Assembly: GCA_034780895.1 (NCBI GenBank)
Contig: JAUZTB010000002.1
Span: forward strand, 68,686,663 to 68,750,662
Direction: 5' to 3'
DNA: 64,000 bases
DNA from: Rhynchobatus australiae
Taxonomy: Eukaryota
Part shown: one piece after another, positions 27,443-42,240 of the stretch
Numbering within the stretch: the stretch's first letter is position 1
Layout of the letters: each line of letters starts with the position of its first letter
Translations under genes and position numbers: made by a program
The notes under the pieces: model-generated
Database searches by the model: none
What the model was told of the DNA's origin: nothing
Seen by the model: the letters and a program-made list of their open reading frames with translations, nothing else

Positions 27443-28399
27443 TGAATCCTCGGTTAAGGGGTCCTTTACTTCACAAGTACAATTTAAATCTAAGGCCTCT
27501 CCTCATCACAATTCATTTTTTTTTAAGCTTAAAACTAATTTAAAGCGCAAACATCCATAGTTGTAACTTCTAACCCCCTCCCCCCCCCCCATTGTCCTAT
27601 GAAATATATATTTAACTCAAGAATTTTTTTATCCCTTCTAATTGACAACTATCTCATGTCAGATTTGTTGAACTTGATATGGATGCAGTTCGTCAATTTG
27701 AGAAAAGCTTGTAATAGTGCAGGATAAGCAACATCAGTGGTGACGTTTTTTTGTATTAAGGACTAGATTGACATTGTGAATCCCTTTTGAGATACATTAA
27801 TGAAACATTATTAACAACAGAACCAAAAACTAATTTTTGATTAGGTACAGGAAGACACAGGTAGTGTTTGTTGACATAGTCTCTGTAAAGACTTGCACCA
27901 AACAGACCACTAACGGTTTCCTTACTTAAAATGCATCTGGTGCCCAAAAATGTTTGATGGCATAATTTGTTTGAAATAATTTTTGTGGCCCTTATGGTCC
28001 TTGAGACTTGATAGTGGTCAATGCTTTCAATCCAACCAGCAGTATCTTATTAAAGTATAAAACACCAGTCTGAATATAGTAAGTTGAGAGGGGAGGTGAA
28101 TAAGAACAGGCAAAGATAAAGGATGAAGGTAGAATGACAATTAACATGAAGTAGGAGCCAAAAAGAAATATTTAAGGATGTAAATAGTGAGCAAATATTA
28201 AGAGGTGAGGTGGGAACAATTATAAATCAAGAAGGGAGCCAAAGGGCATAATTGGAAACCTTAAGTACTCTGGTCTTGACCAAACAAGAGTTTGCTGCCA
28301 CACTCTCAGGAGAAGGGGAAGCAGTACATAAAGTGAATGTGGTGAAATTTGATAATGGGATCGGGTGGGGATGGAATGTATTAAAAGAACTGGCCATGC

Positions 28400-29465
28400 T
28401 TAAAATAAATTAGAATATATCCTATTTTGCTGAGGGAAGTGGAGATGATATTTGCATAAGGACATGGCATAATCTTCCAGTCCTCAGTAGATATGGGGGA
28501 GGTGTCATCGGAATGGAAAATAGCACATATGACACTCTTGTTTAAAAATATATAAAGTTATTTCTTGCAATACATGCCACTAGGTTTAACCAGAGTGGCA
28601 GGAAGGTTTTTAAAAGGAATAGTCGGGGAAGAATTTAATTAACTCTTGGAGAAGTTTGAATTAACAAAGGGGAGCTAGCACAAACTTATCCAACAATTTT
28701 ATTTGCCTTTAAGTTAGCAACAAACTCTGATGATGGAAATGCAATTACTGTCTATGTACATGTTCAAAAGGCATTTGACAAAATCTCTCTAAGGCAGAAT
28801 TAAGGGGTATTGAAATGACGGGTCACTGCCAGTATGGTTAAGAAATTGGCTCAAGGGCAAAAGCAGAGAGTGGTGCTAAATCTCTTTCCAGAGTGGTGGT
28901 AGAACAATGGTATTTGCTAGGGGTAATATCGGGACTGCTGCTTTTTAGATATTGCTACCTTGGATGTGGGTGTGCAAGGTAACATTTCAATAAGTACAGA
29001 CAAAACAGGATATGAAAAACAGTGAAGAAAATACTACATTCAAAGGGGATAGAACTTGATGAGATGGTCAGACCAGTGATAGATGAAATTTAATACAGAG
29101 CAATGTGAAGGGATATGTAATGGCAGCAGAATGAAGAGAGATAATATAGGCTAAATGGCACAGTAGTAAATTGTCCATGTGAATTGTGGGGACTTGTGTT
29201 TGTTTGTCTTTTGAAAGTGGAAGGGTATGTTGAGACTGGTTAATAAAGTGCCAAGGGCAAACTCTTGTATGTAGACAGTGGTTATGATCTGCAATAAGAG
29301 TGGTGAACATAGTCAATTTTAGCTTTTGAAAGAATTGCATAGGCACTTTACGAAAATACCGGGCTCCGAGATAAGAGCAGAGGCTTGATTGGATTGCGGT
29401 ACAAAAGCTGGCATGGACACTATGGGCTGAATGACTACCTCCTGTGCTGTAAAGGTTCTGTGTTT
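28400..29465 (+). mobile_element. Old CR1 LINE, RT region to 3' tail
   Basis: IIFQSSVDMGEV..EWKIAH..LFK, QKAFDK, and tail ggcatggacactatgggctgaatg...cctgtgctgta. Confidence 0.7.
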
Positions 29466-29743
29466 AGGAAAAGATTCAGAATCGAGCTGACTATTACCTT
29501 GAGCAGATTCCTTTTGGTCTGAGAAGAGAGTTGGAATATTGCAGGGCTAAATTCAAGGAAATTACACAACTATTCTTTCTGCTTGGAATAATTATTTATG
29601 TCTTTATGAAAGCCTGGGATTTGCTGCTTAATTAAATATGATATTTCCCCATATCTTTAGAATTATCCTGATTCATTACTTTGCTCTTAAAACACTTGAT
29701 GGGAAGGANNNNNNNNNNNNNNNNNNNNNNNNNNNNNNNNNNN

Positions 29744-30990
29744 GCCCTTTGAGACTGCGCCAAAGTAGAGAATTCCCAAGAATCATGACCGTCTTGAGAG
29801 AAGAAATTGCTCCAATTCTCTGTTTTAAATGGATGATCCTTTATTCTGGAGCTATGCCATCTAGTTCAAGATAACCCCGTTAGGGGAAATGTCCACCCAG
29901 CATTTACCCTCTTGATCCAGTTCAGAATCTTGTGTTTCAATAAGAATGACTCTCATGAGTATAGGCCCACCAATTCAACTGTTCTTCATACAACAGCCTC
30001 TCCATCCCAGGGATCAACCAGGTAAACCTTTTTCTGCACTACTTCCAGTGCAAGCATATCCTTAAATAAGGAGACCAAAATTGTGCACATTATTCCCAAT
30101 ACCTTTTAAGCTCCATATCCTTTACAGTGAAGGGCAATGTTCCATTAATTACTTGTGTACCTGCAAACTGGCAGTGTATTTTGTGAGCTGGGACTTTGCA
30201 CAACAAAGTTTTGTGATCTCACTCCATTTAAATAGTTTGTGTTTTTTTCATTCTAACTTTCGGGGTGGATAATCTAACATTTTTCCTGCTGTGTAGTTCA
30301 TCAGCCAAATTCTGTCCACTGTATCCCTTTGCAGTCTCTTTGAGTCTTCACAACTTTAACCCACCTGTCTTTCTACCAAATAAGCAAAATTGGCTACAGC
30401 ACTTTATTCCTTCATCCAAGTCATTAAGATAGAGTGTAAATAGATGAGGCTTTAGCACTGATCCCCATGGCACCCCACCAGTTACTGATTGCCAGTGTGA
30501 AAATGAACTCCTTATCTATTCTGTTTTGTGCTCGCCAGCCAATCCCCAACCATGATAATATATTATCCCCAACCCTGTGTGCTCTTTGTGCAGTAACCCT
30601 TTACGTGACAACTTATTGAATGTTGTTTAAAAATCCCAAAGATCTGTCTACTGGTTCCTTTTTATCCAAGTTGTTTGTTATTTCTTGAAAGACCTCCAGC
30701 AAATTTGTCAAACACCCTTTTGTGATATTTTAAATCACCTCTTTAATAATGGACTTGTTGGCCATGAGTCACATGAATCTACTTGGTACTTTTTTCTGTT
30801 GATAGAGATTGTTAATAAGTTTCCATTTGTCCCGCCCCCACCTTCTGTTGTACTATCTTTTACTGAGATCAAACCAAAATAATTCAGGATCTCTGCAGTT
30901 TCTCTATCTCATTATTCATTCCATCATATCTTCAAAGTGAACAGATTTACTTTAGTTTCCTTTTTATATACCTGTTGAAGCTGTCTCAAG
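29744..30990 (-). mobile_element. Old CR1 LINE fragment
   Basis: Reverse-complement ORF2 motifs gagaccaaaattgtgcaca, agcactgatccccatggcacccca; boundaries approximate. Confidence 0.7.
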
Positions 30991-33900
30991 GGGCCATGTG
31001 GCCTTGCCTTTCAAGCTGATTTCTCTCTCATTCCTTCCCATCAAGTTGTGTATAGAACACTTCCAGTTTCGTTTGAAAAGATGTGATTTGACCTGATGCT
31101 GAACACTCAGATCAGAAAGGAGAAGGTCAGTAGGGAAAGCAAGATCACTAAACCACTTGGCATCCTCCAGGATGTATCACAAACCTTTCTTTATCACTAA
31201 AACTATTAATCTCCAGCAAATGCACAGCAAACACTCCAGGTGAGCCTTATAGTTGAGTCCATGACATAGAAAGTTGACCATGGAGATGACAATTATGTCT
31301 ATTTGAAATTAAGATCTTTCCTATGCAGATTTTGCTGGTATACAGTACGGTGATACTGGCAGAGCTCTTCCTCCTGTGTATGGTCATTCCACTTTGCCCT
31401 CCTGTTATTGGTGTNNNNNNNNNNNNNNNNNNNNNNNNNNNNNNNNNNNNNNNNNNNNNNNNNNNNNNNNNNNNNNNNNNNNNNNNNNNNNNNNNNNNNN
31501 NNNNNNNNNNNNNNGGTGTGATATCTGTTGAAATGCCAACCAGCTCTTCCATTGCTGCCACCTAGACTTCACTTTATTTTGGGTGTGGGTAAAAAAAAGT
31601 CCTCACCTGTTCTTTCTACATGTAACAATCCCAATTTGATGTGAACTTCAAAAATCTGTCACACCATACAAAACTGCTGCTGGCTGAGCAGTCACTAGTT
31701 TCAATTGTTGCTCGGGAGAAGTACACATTTGCCACATTTTTTCAGCTGATTTCAGGGGCCAAACCTGCCTTGCATACAGATCAGTACTTTCTAGGCACTA
31801 TATGAGTAAAGCATCTCACAGTCGAATATATTGCTGGACTCAATGAGGGCTTATTTTGCTTTATTTCAGTGTTACTTGGTGTTTGTGCATATTTTTTTAA
31901 TCTCTGCAGATTTAATTGTTTTTAAATATTTCTGATTATTAGTTGAGGTAGTTCAAAAGGGCCAGTGGCCCGGTGCCAGCAAGGACTAATCAATCACCAG
32001 AGACCAGTGGCCCAAGGCCAGGTACAAAGGTGCTTAAAGGGGCAATGGTCAGGTGTGCAGTGATGGGTGGGGTGGAGCCAGGCCTTGATTGACAGTGGTG
32101 TGTCTTTCGACCAGGTACTGGGCAGTGCTGTCACGTGACAGCCCTGGCCCTCCACAATCAGAATCAATTTTATTGTCACTTCCATATATACATTCAGCAT
32201 GCATGGGAGCGAAATGCCATACTCCACAGATCAAGGTGCAATACAGTCTTGTATACTGTTATTTCTCCAAGTCTGTATATAGGCCAATTGCCCAATTTGT
32301 ATGCCTCAAAACAAGCAAACAGAGCCCTTTTTTGGCAATCAGGCATCTTCCATGTAACACTGAGATTAATGATGGTTTTCTCTGTTAGACGATGGGTCAG
32401 GATTGATAATAAATTCACGTAGTAATGTATTATCAATGGTGGAGAGAAAATGTCAGATGTATAGTTAGACAGAATCTGTCCAGGGCTTAAGGTAGCATCT
32501 CTGGGCACTTGGTGCATGACAGATGACTTAACCTAACAGAATCTGAACTGTGAAATGCTGCATGTTGATGAAGGACTAGTGTTGCTCCATCATTAGCCAT
32601 GAAAATGCCATCTGGCCATTAGCTTTTTGTGATTTTACTATGCAAGTGTAACAGGTTTGTTGATTATCTATTTAAACTTGCCACGGAAAATCTGATAATT
32701 AATGGTGTAACTATGTAATGAATTGTTTGTTAGCTATTAACAACTATCAATAAAATGTCTGGAATCTTGATCAATGTGTACTGAAACAGTTGTAGTGCAA
32801 TTGTAATGCACTTTGTTGGAGACTTTTTAACAAGTTCGAAAATGGAAAAGAAAACTTTGTATTTTGTTTTTCCCTTTCATGTGTTTCAATTTAGTATTCT
32901 GTACTCACAACTCTTCAACATTAGGAGACCAAATATAAATTGTTTTAATGCATTGTAGAAAACACCTGTTTTGAATGCAGGCTTGACAGCCTTGCAGGAT
33001 TTTGGTTTCTTGTTAACTTCAAGGCCTCAATCTCACTTTCTGCCTTCCTATCCATTCCGATTATTTAAAAAAAACATGCTTTTGAAGCACTACCTCATGA
33101 TCCCTCGTGCCAGCCTCTGTACCTGTTTATGACTTGTACTTAATTACTTAAAAAATATTTTATGTTCTTGTGAAACTCGATGTTTGCACAAATATTTCTA
33201 GCACTTTCCATTTTTATTCCTTTCTTTTTGTGTTAAATAGGAATAGCAACACTGAATTTGCCAAATGTAAAATATTCTCCATTTGTTTATTTCTGTGTTC
33301 AAATCACCATTGATTATCGAGATTTACTTTATGACGCATTGTCCACTATTTCCAGATTCCTGTTAGCTTGCACTCTAGTAATTCTGGGAATAATTTAAAT
33401 TGACATGCAGGTAAACTCTGAAACTCTCTACTCCACAGTATGTGAAAGATCTCTACATCAGTGCAATTACTGTGATGTATTTCTGAAATCCTGCCTCGAA
33501 ATTTAAAAACTTTGATTTGTTTAGAATTATGCAATTGAAATCATTTTTTCCCCCCCCTCTGTCAAAACTGTTGTTTTGTATTGCTCGGAAAATTCAGCTG
33601 GACACTCCCTGTTGTAAATCATGCTTGCCCAGAACCACATTTTGTGTAGCATGTGTTCAGGATGATATCCATCCTTGTGCAAAACTCCTTGTGGAGTATT
33701 GCAGCTAAACCTAGACGTGTAATCCTGGAGTTGTCCACTGTTGGCATTCTTGGGGATTGTGGTCTTGCACCTATAGAGCCAATAAGGGAGATCTGCAAAG
33801 TACAAGTTACTTAACTCAAGCCAGCACCTCTCTTCCATCACATTAAAAGAAAACTCGTCTCCTGTTTTCTCCTGATATTTGATGCTAACTTGTCCACTGA

Positions 33901-35152
33901 CTCTTCTTTCCTCCCCAAACCACCCCCACCCCAAAAACAACCTCACTCTCCAAGGACATGCAAGTACTGTTCAGCATGAATAATTTACCAGGTGTGATCC
34001 TTGGCATAAGCTGTATCAGTAAATCACAGACTGGCTAGAGACAAGGTCACTGTAATTGGTTGCAGCGATATTAGTTCTGTCACTGTTTACTGTTCAAAGA
34101 TTCTCAAAGTTTTAAGAGTATAATCTTAACTAATGCATCTTGCTGTAACATTTCCCCACTAGTTGCATAACCTACTTTCTGTGTCTAGCTGCCTGGAGCA
34201 AGTTTTAGTAAAAGCTATGGCATTCTGATACACTGACAGGGGAAATAAACATTTAATTCTTTGTCGAAAATGCATTTTGCAATATGCGAAGCAAGTACTG
34301 TTTATCGCATGCAACTGAAAGCAAGAATTGAAACTAATAGTAATTATGCAACGTTAAATGGAGATGTTAAATTTTTAGGTGTCACATTCTAAAATGTGTA
34401 TGAACAAACATTTTATTAAATAGTTTGAGTATTTGAGTGTTATTTTCCCTTATTTGAATGCTGTCCTTTTTTATTAAAAAAAAATGCTTGGGAGCACTTT
34501 TAGCACGTGCAGATAATTTCCTGTTTATACTAAATTTAGGACTGGAAATATTTGAACCAGTTGCTCACATTACAAGATGGTAATTCAAATTTTAATCTCT
34601 TGGGCCTGAATTAATTTTTAGCAGATTTATCTAAAATGAAACATTTTAAAAAGAAATATGTTTAATATATATTTTGTGAAGTGTTGTTGGTACATAATTA
34701 GCTAAGACTGGAATGGTTAGAAAATGTGCTGCAATAGTCCCTATTTTTCTACTGCATAGAACTTGAGTTTTGATGTACTATCTAATGTTTAGAAAGTAAA
34801 TTGTTAGCAGCTCAGAATAAAGATATTTATTTTCCTCCATAGGATATTGATTTGCTTTGAATTTTCAATTTAAATATCTTACTGGTGGTTGTTTGTAATC
34901 CAAGTTCTTGCAATAGTTTGGCAACATATGAACTCCGGTGTTTTTTTTTTCTGCGCTGAGAGGCCCTCCCCCAAACGTTCACAGTGTTTCAGTGTTTAAG
35001 TGGGGCTGCTCCACACGTGGCAGAATGCAGCATTTTAGCCATGTTGATAATTGACTAAAATGTGGAACCATTGAGCACATCAAAAAGCAGTAAAGCACAT
35101 TCACTGATTCAGATTTCATATTCAGTGTGCACAATGATTTGATTTATCTTGA

Positions 35153-35287
<135 letters not shown>

Positions 35288-36846
35288 TGATGATTATGAT
35301 GAAGGTATATTTAATATAAATTGCAGGACATGGGTAATTTTAAATAACTGTAATAAAGTTAAACTTGGCTTAANNNNNNNNNNNNNNNNNNNNNNNNNNN
35401 NNNNNNNNNNNNNNNNNNNNNNNNNNNNNNNNNNNNNNNNNNNNNNNNNNNNNNNNNNNNNNNNNNNNNNNNNAGTCATATTCTTTGCTTTTCTTCTATT
35501 ATCTCTTGAATCCTGCAATACCTGATCTCTATTTGTAGGTGGTGCTGTTCTCTATCCTTACCTTTTGAAAATCTTTAACAGAAATGGAGAACATGCAGGC
35601 TATTCATGAACAAAGTTAAATTGCATTCAGTAACAAAATTTCTCATTTTGAAGTAGTGGAATTTCAAATTTTTTTGTTGAAGACCAATGCAGTAGTTAAA
35701 ATACTCAAAGACCACTTGGTCCTAATTTCTCAATGGAATCAGCATTTAAGTAATGCAGCATTATACAACAGTTTTATATATCAACAGAAATGACATCAGT
35801 AATACAAAATATGTAGAAATCAGATGAGTCTAATGATTTTTGACTTCCAAAGAATCCTTCAGAGGTTCCTTAGGTTTGTGGATCCTATTTTTCAAGGTCC
35901 ATGTTTTGGAAACTGCTTCTGACAGTTTAAAAAAAAATCCATATGTAATTTATCCATCACAACCTTAAACTATACTTTCACTTATGACAAAATTCAGTCA
36001 GCTGAACAAGAAGTCATTTGAGAGTAACTGACTTTTTTTGATTTAATCAAATCCTGTTTGATCAAATACTATCCATCTTAACTTTATTTTCTGACTACTT
36101 TGAATATAACATTGCTTGAGTATTTCCTCTAAGTAGTATTTGATCCTATAATCAAAAATGCTATAAACATTTGGATGTTAAAACAAAGATTGTGATTACA
36201 GCACCAGTGCAAGATGGGCTTGTTGGACAAGGTAGATAAGTTGGATATTGCAAATCGTTTCAGTATAACAACACCTTAATCAGTGCTGTGGGTTTTGATA
36301 GTAAAATAAAATGACTACTTCTGTACAATGTTGACTTTTAATGTGTAATTTAAAGCCAAAGTTGTTTGGGTATAGTATATTTGGGTATGAAATAGTTAAT
36401 TCTCCATATTGCTTTGGCAATGAAGGCTTCTGTTTCCTCCTGAAAAGCAGAAAATAAACTTAATCTGATTTTCAGAATGAGCAATAGTTTTCTCTGTATC
36501 TTTGTTTGTCAGCAGTAACTTGCTGTTCTGCATTGCCCAATATGTAACACAGATAATTATGAAAGGTGAAAGATCCATTGGATTAAATATTTTCATATTA
36601 TTCTGAAATTGCATGTTATCTTGAGATTTGAAATCTAGGGGATGGGGGTGTGTGCATAGTAGTGACTAAAGCTTTGAGTTATGAATTGAAGTGCTGGTTG
36701 TTAATCACCTCCAGTGTGAAAATAGTATTTTCTTTTAAATATAATTACATGTGATTGCAGTTTTTGAAGTGAAGAGTTGTAAGCAATCATTTTTGGGAAA
36801 TGAGTTGACTAATATTTAAGAAGGAAGTGAAGAAATTTTTAATTTA

Positions 36847-37611
36847 ATCTTTTTTGGTTTACATGGATGATGGAAATTTCTTGACTGCACCCTTGAGTTA
36901 AATTGTGTTGTGTGTCATCTGAATTTGATTCTACAGTGCAAGATGAAGGAAAGATTTTTTGAATGAGTGTAATCTCAATTAACAATGCAAATAAGCTTGT
37001 TCAGATGAAGATCCTTGGCAATAACATCAAAAAAATTGTGTGCACCAAGAATGACAAAATTAGTCCAATTATGTCTGGTTGTTAATGAGGGCACGTATTG
37101 GGATATGTATTTTTAATATTATTAGAATCACATCATAGAAGGTGCATTTCACCTATTCCCCTTCAAAGTATATTTGTTTCTTTATTGAAATATTAATATG
37201 AAAATTACAAATAATGGTAAAAATTTGCATTTTTTTCAAATTCAACTAAAATATAGTTCAAGGCTTCTGGAAACCACATTACAGGTTAAGAACCCAAAAA
37301 AAAATACTGTCCAGTAGTGTGGGTTTAAGGATTAAAAATCTACTGCAAGTTCTAAAGGTGCATTTTCCATTGATTTCCTATCAAGACCACCAGTATGATC
37401 CATAGAAGCATTATTCTCTGAATGGCCTTCAAACACTGCTTGAAAAGTGTAAAATTTAAATTCACCTAGCACACCTTCTCCTGTATTGAATACGCTCAGC
37501 TGAAACTGTTTCCCACTGGAAGTTTCATGCCTTTAAGCACGAAATTGCATATCATCTTTTTTGGTTTACATGGATGATGGAAATTTCTTGACTGCACCCT
37601 TGAGTTAAATT
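36847..37611. repeat. Perfect 58-bp direct repeat (36847-36904 and 37554-37611)
   Basis: atcttttttggtttacatggatgatggaaatttcttgactgcacccttgagttaaatt occurs twice, identical, 707 bp apart. Confidence 0.9.
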
Positions 37612-38132
37612 CCAAAGCCTGAAAATTTTTTGTATATAAAATAATGAAGGGGAAAAGTAAGTATTAATTACTTGTTACATTCTGATATGCAAAGAAATTG
37701 ATCAAATATTCTGGTTTTTAAAGTTTTCAGACACTGTGCACTGGTACTTTGGCTCAAGATGACTTGAAAACTTAAGGATATCTTGTGAAGATTTAATAAA
37801 ATGGTGTTTGTCAGAGTTTTATGAAATTCAGGTTGATAAAATCTTTCAAGTCTCACTTTCTGGAAATTATTTGAGTACTGTTTAGACTACCCTATACACC
37901 AACTGACCTGTAGAATTTATTTTTCCAGAGTCTTAAAGCTGTAAGTTTCAGGGCGATGTATGAATTGAAAGTTTAAAAGAAATCGGTAGGGATTTGGTTG
38001 TGTGACGTGCAGGACAAATACTGGACCACTACATTGAAAATGACATAATAGTTTTAGTTTTACATTATTCTCCAGGTACAATAAAGGATTTACAATTTTT
38101 TGAGAATGTTCTGAGACTTCGTTTTCATAATG

Positions 38133-38548
38133 CAGTAGAATTCCAACAACCTGGTATCCTTGGGACTTAGGTGCCAGGCTGGCAGATTTCCTGGACTATT
38201 TGATGTTGCTCCTATTAATATCATAACCGACTTTTAATTAACTGTCTTCAGATGTTATACCGTGGTATGATATATTTTTCATTGAATTACATGAATTTAA
38301 AGTAGTGCAGGAAATGGGGCACCTGTAAGTTTAAAGTGTGGGAAACTGTCATGGTATGCTTGAGGCATGAGAACCAGGGCCATGGTGAATTTATAAGGAG
38401 GGCTAGAAACAGGGCCGGTTGAGTTTATAAGGAACTCTGGAATGGTGCCTTAATAAGTTCAAAGGGATTATGGGAAATACTTCCAGGTGAATCCAATGCT
38501 AAGCCATCAGGTTTTCTGAACAATCAGGGGATTATTGGGGTTGTACTG
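38133..38548. mobile_element. Tc1/mariner (Tigger-like) MITE with internal degenerate tandem repeats
   Basis: cagtagaattccaacaacc ... ggattattggggttgtactg-TA imperfect TIRs; left flank is TG rather than TA. Confidence 0.7.
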
Positions 38549-39747
38549 TAATGAGAAAAGCCTCAAACTGAGTTTCTGTTGGTCATGCATTTTTCCTCCA
38601 AAAAAAACACTCATCGACTGTGAATTATTGTTAAATGAATGAAGATTTTTTTTGTGATGTTAATCACATAAATATGTCAATAAATTACCTTGTCAAATAT
38701 TTTGGTGCATGGTGGAAGATTGACTTGTTTTGAGATAGTTTCTACTTGTGTGGATGTGTCGCATCTCATCCCGTTTATTTTTTGCCAACCTTAAGTGCAA
38801 CCTCTGTTAGCTCTTATTAGTCATAAGCACTTCTGTTTCTGACAATTCTCACTGTTATTTTTGATCAACATATACTTAGATCATTGACAGATCTTTAATG
38901 AATGAATAGATCAGTTTTGAAAGTTCTTAAGGATATCACACACTGGTGCATATTAATCATTAGCATCCAGAATAGTTGATGATCTGTGACTTAGATCAAA
39001 TAATTTTGATCCTAATTAATTGCATACATACATTAAAGAGGTGTCAGATTCAATAAAGTGCCAAATTAGAATAATGTTATTTGTTGAAGCTCTTTTTTAA
39101 ACTAGAACAGATTAATTTCACATCTAAAATATTCCCTGTGCATATCATATGGAGGAAACTCTGGTTATTTGTGAAGACCAGAAACACATTCCAGGCTTAG
39201 TTAACTTTCAGTTTTTATCCTCATTCCTAACAGTACATTACTATAGCTACTTGAGATGTCCGTTAACTGTCAGTCACATTTGATCCTTGTTGTGATCATT
39301 TTTGATCAATGGATGTGTTGTGATTAGGTACAAATCTGATGGCTTTATAATTTACTATTATACATACAAATAAAACTAAATGTTATTATTGGCAAATGAA
39401 AATAAATGCTGTTCATTACATTTCCAAACCTGAACATTTTTGGATTAATTTTAGGTCAGGACTGAAATAGAATTTTTGAAAGAAAAATGAAATTAATTCT
39501 ATAAATAAAACTTGGCATGCAGAAGCTGTATTGTTAAATGATCAAACTATGGTGCCAGTTAGCAGATGTAGTTGTACTATGTCAGGAGTATAATATCCCA
39601 AGTTTTACTGTTGACAGATACCAGATATTACAATACACTGAAATGTTAGCTTTCTCATTTATACTGAAGACCTAAAGCTTCTGAGGTTTATAAGATTCCT
39701 CGGTGGTAAGAAGCAAAAGCTAATCTGTTATATTTCTCTCTTTGTGA

Positions 39748-39915
<168 letters not shown>

Positions 39916-42176
39916 TAAGTTTTTAATACTTGTACCTTAAATATAGTAGACATTTGTATTTGATAGTGTAGAATTTACACTTTGCTATATTCAGTTGGAT
40001 AAGTTAACATTTAGAAGTTCTGCAAAATAATTCCCTTTTTATGAATTAACAATCCCATAATGTTGTGACTGAAAGTTGCAAGAAAATAAGGGTACCATAT
40101 TGCTTTGTTTTTATGCAATGCACAACTCAACAAATCAACAACATTGGATGTTGATCCATGATATTACACTAAAATCATGATTAAGTCAACATTATTTAAC
40201 AGTTGTACTTGAGAGCATTCTGTTACTACTACCTGACAAAGATTTAATACTAAATTTCAAATTCCAGCTTTACATAAGTTTTCTCATTGTGCTTCTGACA
40301 TTGTGGTTTACAACCAAATTGAACTGTTAAACCATCACAAGTATTCAGAGCACAGTGTTTAAGTTAACATTTTCATTTAATTAATGATTATTTAAAACTG
40401 TGACTGTGCTTTATCTGCTGTAGTGTTCATTGTATAAAACAAAAGTGCATTTTATTATAATGTTGGTTCAAAGAGGAATGTAATGAAAAAGATGGCTTTC
40501 AAGGAGACATCCGGTGTGTGGGAAGCCAAGTGGAAGAATATTAGGAAGTTCCAGAAAATAGGAGTATAGGTGGCAAGCAGACAGATGTAGTGAGTATGCA
40601 CAAACATGGGACTGGAAGAGATTACAGAAACAGGGTGGTGCAAGCCATTTGAGTTTGAGAGCTTGAAACTTTGTCAGTGGGGGATACAAATTTGGTGAAC
40701 CTTGCAGTAAGTAAGCCTCTCTTCAGAAGAGGACTTGGATAGCATTGGGGTTTGTGATGTTTCAGTTTTTAAATTGCTGAACTTAATGTCACAATACTGA
40801 TATTAACCTTCTGAGTTGTCCATTTTTAGTAATGCAGGCAGTACAAAAATGGTGATACAATTTACTACTGTATTGAGTGGATATGGAAAGTAGATTTCTG
40901 TTTATGCACTTTGGTATTTCTGATTTCATGATTAGCTAATCTTTCANNNNNNNNNNNNNNNNNNNNNNNNNNNNNNNNNNTAACTGCCGTGGCTGTTGCA
41001 TGTATTTGTTTGAAAGGACTTGTCACAAAGACGGTGCTGAGCCAGCTTTCTTAAGTAGGAAAACTTGTGTAAATGGAAGATGATCAGAATGTGAAACACG
41101 TTACTATAGTAATAACAAGGTGAACTCCAGCATTCACATTAACGTGGTCTATCACATTTTTTTTCTATAAGAGAAAAATAAGCTCAGAAGATAATGATAA
41201 TAGACTTGAAATATTACAGTCAGCAATTCTGTCACTCCTTTGTTTTCCACATTGTTATTTGCTTAATTCTTTACATGATTCAAGCGCCAGTAGGATGTTT
41301 TTGATAATTTTGAGTACCTTGATTAGATTTGCTCTTCCCCTTCCTTATTCCATTGGAATAGTCTGACATCTTGATTCTTCAGTGACTGTAACAATTTCAG
41401 TGTGGTGTAATTCTAACTGCGTTTACATTTTTAAAAGGTTCAAAGGTAGCGTTAACGCCTTTATTAAGTAAACAATAATCTAAATTTCACTGCATGTTGT
41501 TTACATATTGTTAGAACTCCTGAAGTAGTTTTATTGTTCTAATACACACTGTTGTTCGGACCAAGTGGAGTGTATCCCCCTGTCACTCGTGCTCCAATGC
41601 AAAACTTTGTGTTGGTATTTTATTATGATCTTATTTTGCAATGTGCAGGCTTCCATTCAGGCAAACCTTTTATTTCCTTTGGTGCAGAAAGTGGCATTCT
41701 TCTTGAAAGATTTTTGTTTAATTAGACCTAGTACTCCTGATTTTCTGTAACCCAACATATAAACAATGATTAGGACGTTAGTACAGTTCCTTTCTGAAAC
41801 TCAGGGCTGATTGTACTTCCACCATCTTTCAATTGTACCAGGCACCAGTAATTCATGAGTGAATGGAAGCACTGAATGACCAAAAACTAATTTGTTTGCA
41901 ATAATTGTTCACCTGCATTGAGTGCCTTTTGAACAACACTTCGAATTGAATGAATTTCCACCTTCACTGTCCCAGAGTAGCTGAGGCTTAAACGACTGCT
42001 CTCGCTGAGATTTTCTTACTCAACGCATATCAAAGGTGGAGCATTCATGTTTTGTTTGACTTGGCCGATAATTGAATAAGAATGCTCAGCCAAATTGTAC
42101 TTTTGTCTCGAATGAAAGCCCTGGTATTGTCATGGCTGCAGAAGTTCCCTAATCTTTAAATCATCTTTTCTCTCAG

Positions 42177-42240
42177 GTTGCTAAGTGACTTGCCCGCATC
42201 CTATAAAGAAAATGAGCCCAATTTACCCAATAAAATTGAG
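42177..42240 (+). CDS. ROCK2: ROCK2 exon 10 (64 nt): (Q)LLSDLPASYKENEPNLPNKIE, linker
   Basis: cttttctctcag acceptor, gtgagt donor; LLSD start as in human ROCK2; phase 2 to phase 0. Confidence 0.88.

Noticed and set aside
38290-38495. CRISPR-like or other prokaryotic repeat system
   Set aside because: Degenerate tandem units with no unique spacers, inside a MITE in a vertebrate intron; no prokaryotic genes in the window.
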